A stretch of DNA of 64,000 nt from Candidatus Pacearchaeota archaeon (GTDB lineage Archaea > Nanobdellota > Nanobdellia > Pacearchaeales > GW2011-AR1): assembly GCA_016866955.1 (NCBI GenBank), contig VGKT01000001.1, forward strand, positions 130,556 to 194,555, in the 5' to 3' direction. This document shows positions 38,352 through 46,039 of this stretch, in pieces; position 1 is the first letter of the stretch; each line of letters starts with the position of its first letter. The notes beneath the pieces were generated by a model that worked only from the letters and a program-made list of their open reading frames with translations, did no database searches and had not been told where the DNA came from. Position numbers and translations under genes: made by a program.

Positions 38352-38505
38352 TGTTCGTTGTTATGTGTTTGTATTTTGTTATGCGCGGATGTAGAGTATA
38401 CACCAGCTACCGAAAACGAGACAACTCACTCGATGAAGTACCGAACGTCTAGCAGGACATTCTTTGTGGTAACTCCACTTAGATTCAAAATGCCTTGTTG
38501 GAAGG

Positions 38506-38516
38506 GGTATTTAAAG
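38506..38516 (-). promoter_or_regulatory. TATA box candidate for the uL3-SecY operon (implies a ~130-nt leader)
   Basis: The minus strand reads CCTTTAAATAC, directly after the stop of the upstream gene and ~155 nt upstream of the uL3 ATG. Confidence 0.4.
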
Positions 38517-38527
38517 GTTAGTATGGG

Positions 38528-39898
38528 TTAAGATCGACATCCCTTACATCGTCCTGCTTGGAACGAAGCTGCGGCACAGGGTTTACAGAAGTCTTTTCCA
38601 CATTTGTCACAGGGCTTAATGGATGAAGGGAGGGTTTGTTTGGTACAGGAAGTGCAGGTTTTGAGACAAGAAGTACAACGTTTGTTCCCGGTAAGATAGT
38701 CTAGACCGAAATGCGATGAACATTTTGCCTTGAGACATCCCGGACAGCGGGCAGTACATTTTTTACAGAGATCTTTCCCACAGAGATCGCATTTCTGAAT
38801 ACGACAACGCTTACAAAGCGGTTGGCGACAGAGGTCGCATCCCACGAGACAAGGAAGGCAGGAGAAGTGGCCAGAAGTACAACACCATATCTCACGTAAA
38901 GGAAGAGCGCACGATTCACATGAAAAGAGAGGAAGCGGGGAGAGAAGAGAATAAGGAATGATCAGTTGACGAACGATATCTTTTCCCGTAAGACTGAGTT
39001 CCAATTGATATTCGGGAAAACCATACACAATAGTAGAAACAAGTTTAGTATCTACACCCAGAGAATGCTTTTGTCGTTCGTCTGTAAGAAAGAATTGTTC
39101 TTCATCTTGTAATTTCTTAACAAGATCGGTGCTTGCAATTTGTTTTAATTTTTCTTGACATTGTGCAATTTTAGGAAAGTTATTTTCCTTTAAGGCTTCT
39201 TGCAGTTGGAGTTCTAATTTCATTTTTGTTGTTTGTAATTCTCGACGATGATTTTCATAATGAGCTTTGATGCGTGTATGTTCTTTTGCTAATTTTTCTT
39301 GGAGCTCAGTTGCTGCTTTGGTAATGGTTGATTGAATACCTTCCCGGGTTGCTGCTTTGGCAATTTCATAACTTTGCTTGAGATTTGACGTGTCGAGAGA
39401 AGGAGCAGGGGTTGATTCATAAGTAAATTTATCGATATCAAAAAGCATACGCTGTCCGTTGAGAACGTACAGCTTTTGGAGGCTTTGTTCTTTTTTGTTT
39501 AGATAAGCAACGGTGGTGGCAAACGTGAATTCATAGAGTGGAATGTATGTTACTCCTTTTTTTGTGTGAGAAATAGTAGTATTCTTGAGATTCAGTGTTT
39601 TCTGAACGAATTCGAGTGGATCAAGAAGTGGTTTGAGAAAAGTAAGTGTCGCTTGACCTTTTTGCTCAAGAAATGAAGTCATTGATTTAAGCAAAAAACT
39701 TCCTTTAGTAATGAGATCGGTGTCTGCTTGTTCTTCACCCGGGTTAAAGACTAATCTGAAGGGGGCTTTTTTTCCTGCCCAATTTTCAAATGCTTCGGGA
39801 ACTTTTGTTACTTCAAGAATATTGCCATTCCAGGTTGTCTGAGCGTTGAGACTCTGGAAAAACTGTTCGGTAAACCGAGCGAGCTCACCCATGATCAA
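38528..39898 (-). CDS. SNF2-associated protein: YqhG-like N-terminus, coiled coil, C-terminal multi-CxxC zinc-ribbon array
   Basis: 456 aa, overlapping the SNF2 gene by 14 nt. The last ~125 aa hold about 36 Cys in at least 12 CxxC pairs, including CDLCRQPLCKRC, CDLCGKDLCKKC and CDKCGKDFCKPC. Confidence 0.6.
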   Translation of the reverse strand: MIMGELARFTEQFFQSLNAQTTWNGNILEVTKVPEAFENWAGKKAPFRLVFNPGEEQADTDLITKGSFLLKSMTSFLEQKGQATLTFLKPLLDPLEFVQKTLNLKNTTISHTKKGVTYIPLYEFTFATTVAYLNKKEQSLQKLYVLNGQRMLFDIDKFTYESTPAPSLDTSNLKQSYEIAKAATREGIQSTITKAATELQEKLAKEHTRIKAHYENHRRELQTTKMKLELQLQEALKENNFPKIAQCQEKLKQIASTDLVKKLQDEEQFFLTDERQKHSLGVDTKLVSTIVYGFPEYQLELSLTGKDIVRQLIIPYSLLSPLPLFSCESCALPLREIWCCTSGHFSCLPCLVGCDLCRQPLCKRCRIQKCDLCGKDLCKKCTARCPGCLKAKCSSHFGLDYLTGNKRCTSCLKTCTSCTKQTLPSSIKPCDKCGKDFCKPCAAASFQAGRCKGCRS

Positions 39899-41666
39899 CC
39901 ACCTTTGCTACTTGCACTTTTGCTTGTTGGTAGTCTTTAATTCCCTTTTCGATGAGGTCTCCAATTTTAGTTACTTCTTGTGCAAACACTTCTAAATTAT
40001 TTTTTGAATCAAGAAAAGATTGCATGAGCATTTCTTCAATATTTGCCACATTATCTTTTGTTCGACTATCTAATCCAAGATTGAAAAGAATAATAGGCAA
40101 TTCTCCGATAACGAGACCAATACAACACATTTTGTTAATGATTAAGTCTACTACGTGTTCTTCCATTGTACCTTTCACTGCGAGTGAATAAATATGCATA
40201 TCACGCTTTTGCCCGATACGATCAAGTCTTCCAATACGTTGTTCTACAGACATGGGGTTCCAAGGTAAATCGTAATTGATGAGATTATTACAAAATTGAA
40301 AATTAAGTCCTTCTGCTCCCGTTTCAGTTGAAATCATGATGTGTGCCGATTCTTTGAATTCTTTTATCTTAGCGGTCTTTTCTTCTCTACTTAAGCCCCC
40401 CATGAAATCAACGATATGCAATTTAAGAGGTGCAAGACGTTCGATGATATACCTAAGGGTGGTTGGATGTCGAGTATACATGAGAATTTTCGCATTTTTA
40501 TCTTTTGCATAGATCTCAGTAACGAGTTCAACCAGTTTTTCAATTTTTGAATCCTTTGCTAACTGACGATAATCGTTCAATATACTCCGTGCAATTTCTT
40601 TTGTTTTTTCATGATACTTGCTATTATCCATAATATTTTGGAGCGATTCCATAGCAGAACGACTTGAACTCGTTACTTTAGGAAGCATGGCGAATACAAT
40701 GAGTCTTCCATTGAGTTCATTCCCATCAACGGTAAAATATTTTGTTTTAAGTAAATCAGTTGTGCGCTCATAAATGCTTTTTTCTTCGGGGGTGAGTTCA
40801 ACTGTAACAATTTGCGGAAGACGTTTCATATACACTATCCCGGTTTCATCTCTTCTTCGACGAATCATAATTTGTCTGAGACGAGTTTTCAATTCTTGCG
40901 GATTGAGAGGAAAACGTTTATTTCCTCGATGAAGGAAAGATTGTTTAAATTCTTGAAGTGTGCCGAAGTGTCCTCGTTTGAGGAGATGAGCGAGATTGTA
41001 TAATTCTAATAAATCGTTTTGAAAGGGAGTTGCCGTAAGAACGAGAAACCGTTTCTTTTGCATTCTATCGACGAATTGCCAACGAATAGACGATTTATCC
41101 TTAAGCTTATGCGCTTCATCTACAATGAGCAAGTCCCAAGGAATTTCGTGCGCTTTGTAGTGTCGAAAACGATTTAACCCGAGATTATAGGCTTTGACTC
41201 GATCAATAGAAGCAATAGCGTATTGGACTCCATCCCATGAGTTTTCATTTTCAATGATGCTAAAATTAAGTTCGAATTTTGATTTTAGTTCGGCTACCCA
41301 TTGATCAACCAATGAAGGGGGAGTAAGAATGAGTACTCGTTTTATGAAACCACGTTCGATGCCTTCACGAATAACAATCCCTGTAGTAATTGTTTTTCCA
41401 AGACCTACTTCATCTGCAAGAAGCACCGTGCCATTAAAGTCTCGCAAAATACGAATTGCTCCTTCCCTTTGATGAGGAAGATCAAAGTCCAGGTTCTTTT
41501 TTATTTTTGGATAAGAAAGAATTTCTTTAATTTCTGTTTCTTGCGCAACTTCTTCAGCATCAAGGCGTAATTGAACCAATTCTCGTGATTCGAATTGCTT
41601 ATTCTCAATTTTTGTAAGAATAGTCTCTTCATCCGAAAATGATTCATTGATAATAATGTCCATCAT
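39885..41666 (-). CDS. SNF2/Rad54-family ATPase (minimal helicase core)
   Basis: 593 aa. Motif I is LADEVGLGKTI, motif II LIVDEAHKLK, motif III LTATPFQN and motif VI QRIGRLDRIGQKR. Confidence 0.85.
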   Translation of the reverse strand: MMDIIINESFSDEETILTKIENKQFESRELVQLRLDAEEVAQETEIKEILSYPKIKKNLDFDLPHQREGAIRILRDFNGTVLLADEVGLGKTITTGIVIREGIERGFIKRVLILTPPSLVDQWVAELKSKFELNFSIIENENSWDGVQYAIASIDRVKAYNLGLNRFRHYKAHEIPWDLLIVDEAHKLKDKSSIRWQFVDRMQKKRFLVLTATPFQNDLLELYNLAHLLKRGHFGTLQEFKQSFLHRGNKRFPLNPQELKTRLRQIMIRRRRDETGIVYMKRLPQIVTVELTPEEKSIYERTTDLLKTKYFTVDGNELNGRLIVFAMLPKVTSSSRSAMESLQNIMDNSKYHEKTKEIARSILNDYRQLAKDSKIEKLVELVTEIYAKDKNAKILMYTRHPTTLRYIIERLAPLKLHIVDFMGGLSREEKTAKIKEFKESAHIMISTETGAEGLNFQFCNNLINYDLPWNPMSVEQRIGRLDRIGQKRDMHIYSLAVKGTMEEHVVDLIINKMCCIGLVIGELPIILFNLGLDSRTKDNVANIEEMLMQSFLDSKNNLEVFAQEVTKIGDLIEKGIKDYQQAKVQVAKVVDHG

Positions 41667-41726
41667 ACACCTCTTGTACAGGATTCTTTGGACGGAGGCT
41701 TAAAAGGATTTATAGGGTGAAATTAG

Positions 41727-42455
41727 TTATTCGTCTTGTTCGATGCGTGGGGCAAGTACAAACGAAAGCATTACGTTGCCGGTAGGGAAATCAATACGCA
41801 TTGGGTGATTGTCTGAGAAAGAAAGCGTCACTCGATTTGAAACTTTGGTACCTTTGATAAATTTATTGAGATATTCAAGTGAAAAACGTGCGCGACTAGT
41901 ATCTGAATAAATTTCAATCTCTTCTGAGGAAAATTCTGCTCGTGCAGAGTTAAGACCTGAGGCCTCAACGATAAACTTATTCGGTTCAGCGTTGAATGTG
42001 CACGCATCTGCAACTACTAAACCGTCTTCCACTACTTCTGCAAAAGCATCTGCATCCATTTTGACTACTGATTTGAATTCCCAAGTAGGAAGTTCTTTAT
42101 CATCTGAGTGAATATCAATGAGAGCAAGAGAAAAATCTCTTTTTACTTTATCATGAATAGAAACATTGAGTATATTGTCATTTTTATTGAGCAATAAAGA
42201 GGAACCTGGTTTGCATCGGCGAAGAACTGCTCGAAGATTCTCAAGATTGACCCCTAGAACTTCTTCTCGTTCAAGTTCAAATTGGGAAAATAGTTCAGCA
42301 GGCATTTTGAAATAAACCATGGCGACATTAGCAGGATCGATTGCTGTAACAGAAAGACCTTCCTTTGTTGCTTTTAAACGAACTTCAACTACAAGTTCAG
42401 AGATGATAGTAATTAGATCTGTGAAGAGGCGAGGGTTATCTAGTTTTACATGCAT
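41727..42455 (-). CDS. pcn: DNA polymerase sliding clamp PCNA
   Basis: 242 aa with two-domain PCNA periodicity (…EGLSVTAIDPANVAMVYFKMPAELF… / …FIVEASGLNSARAEF…LEYLNKFIKGTK). A TATA box lies at 42476-42485. Confidence 0.85.
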   Translation of the reverse strand: MHVKLDNPRLFTDLITIISELVVEVRLKATKEGLSVTAIDPANVAMVYFKMPAELFSQFELEREEVLGVNLENLRAVLRRCKPGSSLLLNKNDNILNVSIHDKVKRDFSLALIDIHSDDKELPTWEFKSVVKMDADAFAEVVEDGLVVADACTFNAEPNKFIVEASGLNSARAEFSSEEIEIYSDTSRARFSLEYLNKFIKGTKVSNRVTLSFSDNHPMRIDFPTGNVMLSFVLAPRIEQDE

Positions 42456-42475
42456 ACTCCCGAGGAGAAGAAGTG

Positions 42476-42526
42476 GCTTTTAAGGATTGTTATGCTTGAG
42501 AAGGGAGTACCATAATTCCTATATAC
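42476..42526. promoter_or_regulatory. divergent promoter pair for PCNA (minus) and primase (plus)
   Basis: gcttttaagg at 42476-42485 lies 21-30 nt from the PCNA ATG at 42455. cctatatac at 42518-42526 lies 21-29 nt from the primase ATG at 42547. Confidence 0.5.
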
Positions 42527-42546
42527 TGCAAGAAAAATACCTCTTC

Positions 42547-44100
42547 ATGGGGGAAGCAGAAACAAAAAGTAAGGAAGAACGAGTACGTGCAATAACGCGT
42601 GTGTACTATTCTCGACCAGATATACAAAAAGTGCTCTTGGAATTTGCACAGGATAGAGAGCTCGTGCCTCGATATTTTGAAGGATTTGGCAAAAGACCGG
42701 ATATGTTGCAATATCCAAGTGATATTATGGGTTTGGTGGGAAAAGGAGCAACCAGTTTTCATGGTTCAGAAGAACATTGGATGGATCCCTTATCATTATC
42801 TGTTGATTTAACTCCTGCCCAAATTTCTGGATTGAGAAAAGGATGGGATTTATTGATTGATATTGACTCTCCCTTTTTAGATTGTAGTCGTATTGCCGCG
42901 CAACTTATTATTGCAGCATTAGAGCACCACGGCATCAAACATTATGGAATTAAATTTTCAGGAAGTAAGGGATTTCATTTAATCGTTCCTTGGAAAGCGT
43001 TTCCGAGCGTATATGCTGGACAGGAAACACGCACCATGTTTCCTGAATGGCCGCGAATTATTTCAGAATATTTGATGCATTATATTCGACATGATTATAA
43101 TACTCGAGCTGCAGAAGTATTAACAAACATCTCGGCAATTAGTGAACGAACAAAATTGACTGCGGAAGATTTGTTAGAAGTGTATTGTTTACAATGTACA
43201 AAACCTGCTAAAGAAGATAAGGTACATCTTTTGCGATGCCCTGTTTGCTCTATGGAAATGGAACGGAAACACGTGGCAACAGTACATCGAAAATTAAGAT
43301 GCGTAGCTCCAAAATGTGCAGGAGTGTTTGAAGTTGTTTCTTCAACACCTTATTATTTCTGTGAAACATGCAAAGATCCCTTGTATCCTACACAACCCTT
43401 GGATTCTAATCGTCATCCCACCTTATTTGATGCTCAGAAGCGCGTGAGTGCTGCAAAAGTTGCGGCATTAGATATGGTTTTAGTTGCCCCTCGCCATTTA
43501 TTCCGTGCACCTTATTCTTTACATGAAAAAACATCACTTGCTTCCTGTGTTTTAACAAAGGAAGAGCTAGATACCTTTTCCCCTCAAGATGCACGCCCCT
43601 TGTCTCTTGTTCCCCGCACGTATATTCCCTCATGCAACCCTGAAGAAGGAAAAGGATTATTGATGCGAGCATTACAATGGAAACAAGACACTCAGAGTAT
43701 TAAAGAAAAACAACCAAAACGTCCATTGACTGCTCAAGAACGAGTTGCTTTGACAGGAGTAACTGAGGAAATGTTTCCCCCGACGATACAAAAACTGCGA
43801 ACTATGAAAATGGAAGATGGGAAAAAAAGAGGATTGTTTGTATTGATTACTTTTTTGCGCGCCTGTGGATTTGGAGAAGCATATATCACTGAACAAGTAC
43901 ACGCTTGGAATGCTCAACACCCTAGCCCCTTACGTCAAGCCTATGTGAAGGCACAATTAGAATGGCACTTTAAACAAAAAAAATTAATTTTACCTCCTAA
44001 TTATGAAAATGTTGCCTTTTATCGCGATTTAGGCATTTTAGAGGGAAAACCAACCGTGAAAAATCCGTTAGTGGAAGTACAAGCAGCCTTGCGTCGATGA
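42547..44100 (+). CDS. priS: DNA primase: PriS catalytic subunit fused to a PriL-CTD-like domain
   Basis: YYSRPDIQKVLLEF...RELVPRYF, catalytic LLIDIDSP and KFSGSKGFHLIV, plus Zn motifs CLQC...CPVC. The C-terminus reads FPPTIQKL...RGLFVLITFLRACGF. I chose the ATG at 42547; the track start is a TTG. Confidence 0.8.
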   Translation: MGEAETKSKEERVRAITRVYYSRPDIQKVLLEFAQDRELVPRYFEGFGKRPDMLQYPSDIMGLVGKGATSFHGSEEHWMDPLSLSVDLTPAQISGLRKGWDLLIDIDSPFLDCSRIAAQLIIAALEHHGIKHYGIKFSGSKGFHLIVPWKAFPSVYAGQETRTMFPEWPRIISEYLMHYIRHDYNTRAAEVLTNISAISERTKLTAEDLLEVYCLQCTKPAKEDKVHLLRCPVCSMEMERKHVATVHRKLRCVAPKCAGVFEVVSSTPYYFCETCKDPLYPTQPLDSNRHPTLFDAQKRVSAAKVAALDMVLVAPRHLFRAPYSLHEKTSLASCVLTKEELDTFSPQDARPLSLVPRTYIPSCNPEEGKGLLMRALQWKQDTQSIKEKQPKRPLTAQERVALTGVTEEMFPPTIQKLRTMKMEDGKKRGLFVLITFLRACGFGEAYITEQVHAWNAQHPSPLRQAYVKAQLEWHFKQKKLILPPNYENVAFYRDLGILEGKPTVKNPLVEVQAALRR

Positions 44101-44140
44101 AACGGGGAACATTTTTAAAGAAGGTAGACATTGAGTGGGA

Positions 44141-45976
44141 ATGAATAAATGGTGCGTTTTGAGTAGTATTTTCTTAAGTGTCTTTATATTGAGTCTGGTG
44201 AGTGCTGCTGAAAATGATACACGAGTAGGTGCAGATAAAGCATTTGCCTGTTTGGAAAATCAAGTTGCTACAAAACCCACTTTGGCGTTGGATGAAGCAC
44301 TTTTTAGTGTACTGGCTTTAGGAAGTGGAGATAAAGCTCTGAAAGTTATTGAACAAGAAGAAAAAAAGGAATCTACGGGAAGCTGTTGGCCAAAAGCTGG
44401 ATGCTCTATTAAACAAACTGCTCAAGCATTGCTGGCATTGCGTCAAGCGGGACGAGATACAAAGGCTGCGGAGAATTGGTTGTTAAATAAAAGCGGTATT
44501 GCTACTGATTTAGCATGGTATCTTGAAATTGATACTGAACAACAACGAGCAGCTCAATGTACGATTAAGTATGATGCTGGAACGTATACAGTACGTATTG
44601 GACAGGATATGCGATTATCAAGTAGTGCAGGAAGTTGTTTAACTCTTGCTCCTTCTGGATTCTTATTGCGCGTACATGACAGTTGTTTGAGTAAATCATT
44701 TGATGTTTCGTGTAATGAAACGTTCGTTACTTCCTTAGTCTATCAAAAAGATAAGGGCACTGAAAATGACTGTTTAAACTTAGGAAATCTAACGTGTTTT
44801 GTTTCTGATACGAGTCATTCTTCTGCTTCATTAGGAACAACTCGAGAACAAATAATGGCATATTGCTTTAAACAAGGAACTGCTTGTGATTATGAAGGTA
44901 GTCTTTGGGCAACGTATGCATTGTGGAAACAAGATAAAAATATTAACAAATATTTACCTTATTTGATTGCATTAACAGAAGGACATGAGCGACATTTTGC
45001 AAGTGCATTCCTTTTTGGTTTAACAGGAAATAATGATTTCTTTTCAACAATTGCCCAACAACAGAAAGTACAAGGATATTGGGAATTGACTGGAAGCCCG
45101 TATAATCGATATTATGATACTGCTCTTGCCTTGCTTGGACTAGGAGGGAATGCAGAAGCACAAACAGCAAAAGACTATCTGATAAGTATTCAAACACGTG
45201 AAGGATGTTGGAATAATAATCGTATTGTTGATACTGGTTTCTTGTTATATGCTGGTTGGGGTCGAGTGGCTCGTGGAGGAGGAGGTTCAGGAGGAAGTAG
45301 TGCGTTCTGTACTGAAGCAGGATTTTCATGTGGACGACAAGATGCTTGCCTTGCCGCTGGAGGGCTCGTGAAACCAGGATTTGAGTGTACAGGTTTTGGT
45401 ATTTGTTGTTCGGTTGCAGTGAGTGAAGCAAGTTGTGCTTCCTTATCTGGACGAGTCTGTAGCGCAACACAAACCTGTTCAGGTAAAAGCATTGCTTCTG
45501 CAGAAGGAAATTGTTGTACTGATGAATGTACCACCCAACCAATAGTAGTGGTGGATAGTGCCTGTGACCTTGCAGGGGGAAGCTGTGCTAGCGAATGTGG
45601 AGAAGGACAAGAAGCAAGTACCGAACAATGTACTTCCAGAAGTGATATTTGTTGTATAGAAAGTGGTTCTGGGGAAGAACCAGGAGTGAATTGGATTTTG
45701 ATTTTACTATTGGGAATCTTTATTCTCTTGGTGATTCTCGCAATTATTTATCGTGAAAAAATACGATTATGGTACTTTAGTTGGAGAAAGGGAGCTACTG
45801 CTCCTACCGTTCGTCAAGTTCCTTCCGGTAGAGCACCTCCCCCGATATATCGTCCAGTACAACACCCCGTACAACAACGACCAATTAGTCGACCTTTGAC
45901 TCGTGCTCCCCAAGGAAAACCATTTTCAGCTGAATTAGAAGATACCCTTAAAAAATTGCGAGAAATGAGTAAGTAA
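44141..45976 (+). CDS. secreted, C-terminally anchored protein with prenyltransferase/terpene-cyclase-like alpha-alpha repeats, a Cys-rich stalk and a Pro-rich cytoplasmic tail
   Basis: It has a signal peptide (MNKWCVLSSIFLSVFILSLVSA). Repeats include QTAQALLALRQAG, SLWATYALW, YDTALALLGLGG and DTGFLLYAGW. A GGGSGG linker precedes the Cys-rich 400-510 region, followed by a TM helix (WILILLLGIFILLVILAII) and a P/R/Q tail. Confidence 0.55.
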   Translation: MNKWCVLSSIFLSVFILSLVSAAENDTRVGADKAFACLENQVATKPTLALDEALFSVLALGSGDKALKVIEQEEKKESTGSCWPKAGCSIKQTAQALLALRQAGRDTKAAENWLLNKSGIATDLAWYLEIDTEQQRAAQCTIKYDAGTYTVRIGQDMRLSSSAGSCLTLAPSGFLLRVHDSCLSKSFDVSCNETFVTSLVYQKDKGTENDCLNLGNLTCFVSDTSHSSASLGTTREQIMAYCFKQGTACDYEGSLWATYALWKQDKNINKYLPYLIALTEGHERHFASAFLFGLTGNNDFFSTIAQQQKVQGYWELTGSPYNRYYDTALALLGLGGNAEAQTAKDYLISIQTREGCWNNNRIVDTGFLLYAGWGRVARGGGGSGGSSAFCTEAGFSCGRQDACLAAGGLVKPGFECTGFGICCSVAVSEASCASLSGRVCSATQTCSGKSIASAEGNCCTDECTTQPIVVVDSACDLAGGSCASECGEGQEASTEQCTSRSDICCIESGSGEEPGVNWILILLLGIFILLVILAIIYREKIRLWYFSWRKGATAPTVRQVPSGRAPPPIYRPVQHPVQQRPISRPLTRAPQGKPFSAELEDTLKKLREMSK

Positions 45977-46039
45977 TTTTTCTGAAAGGAGTTTTATTTT
46001 TAGCAGTATCTTTAAATAAGTCAGAAATGTGAGAGAACT

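Noticed and set aside
38352-38505. A possible tRNA, 5S rRNA or C/D box sRNA hidden in the uL3 leader.
   Set aside because: There is no acceptor or T-arm (GTTCGAAT-like) geometry, no 5S loop motifs and no convincing C (RUGAUGA) / D (CUGA) box pair on either strand.
42487-42546. N-terminal extensions in the ORF track that begin at TTG/GTG codons: primase 42487, pilin 5855, uS2 16503, rrp4 21591 and the surface protein 44135.
   Set aside because: In each case an ATG lies 20-30 nt downstream of a TATA box, or directly after the upstream stop, and it yields the conserved protein N-terminus. The rrp4 case remains slightly ambiguous.
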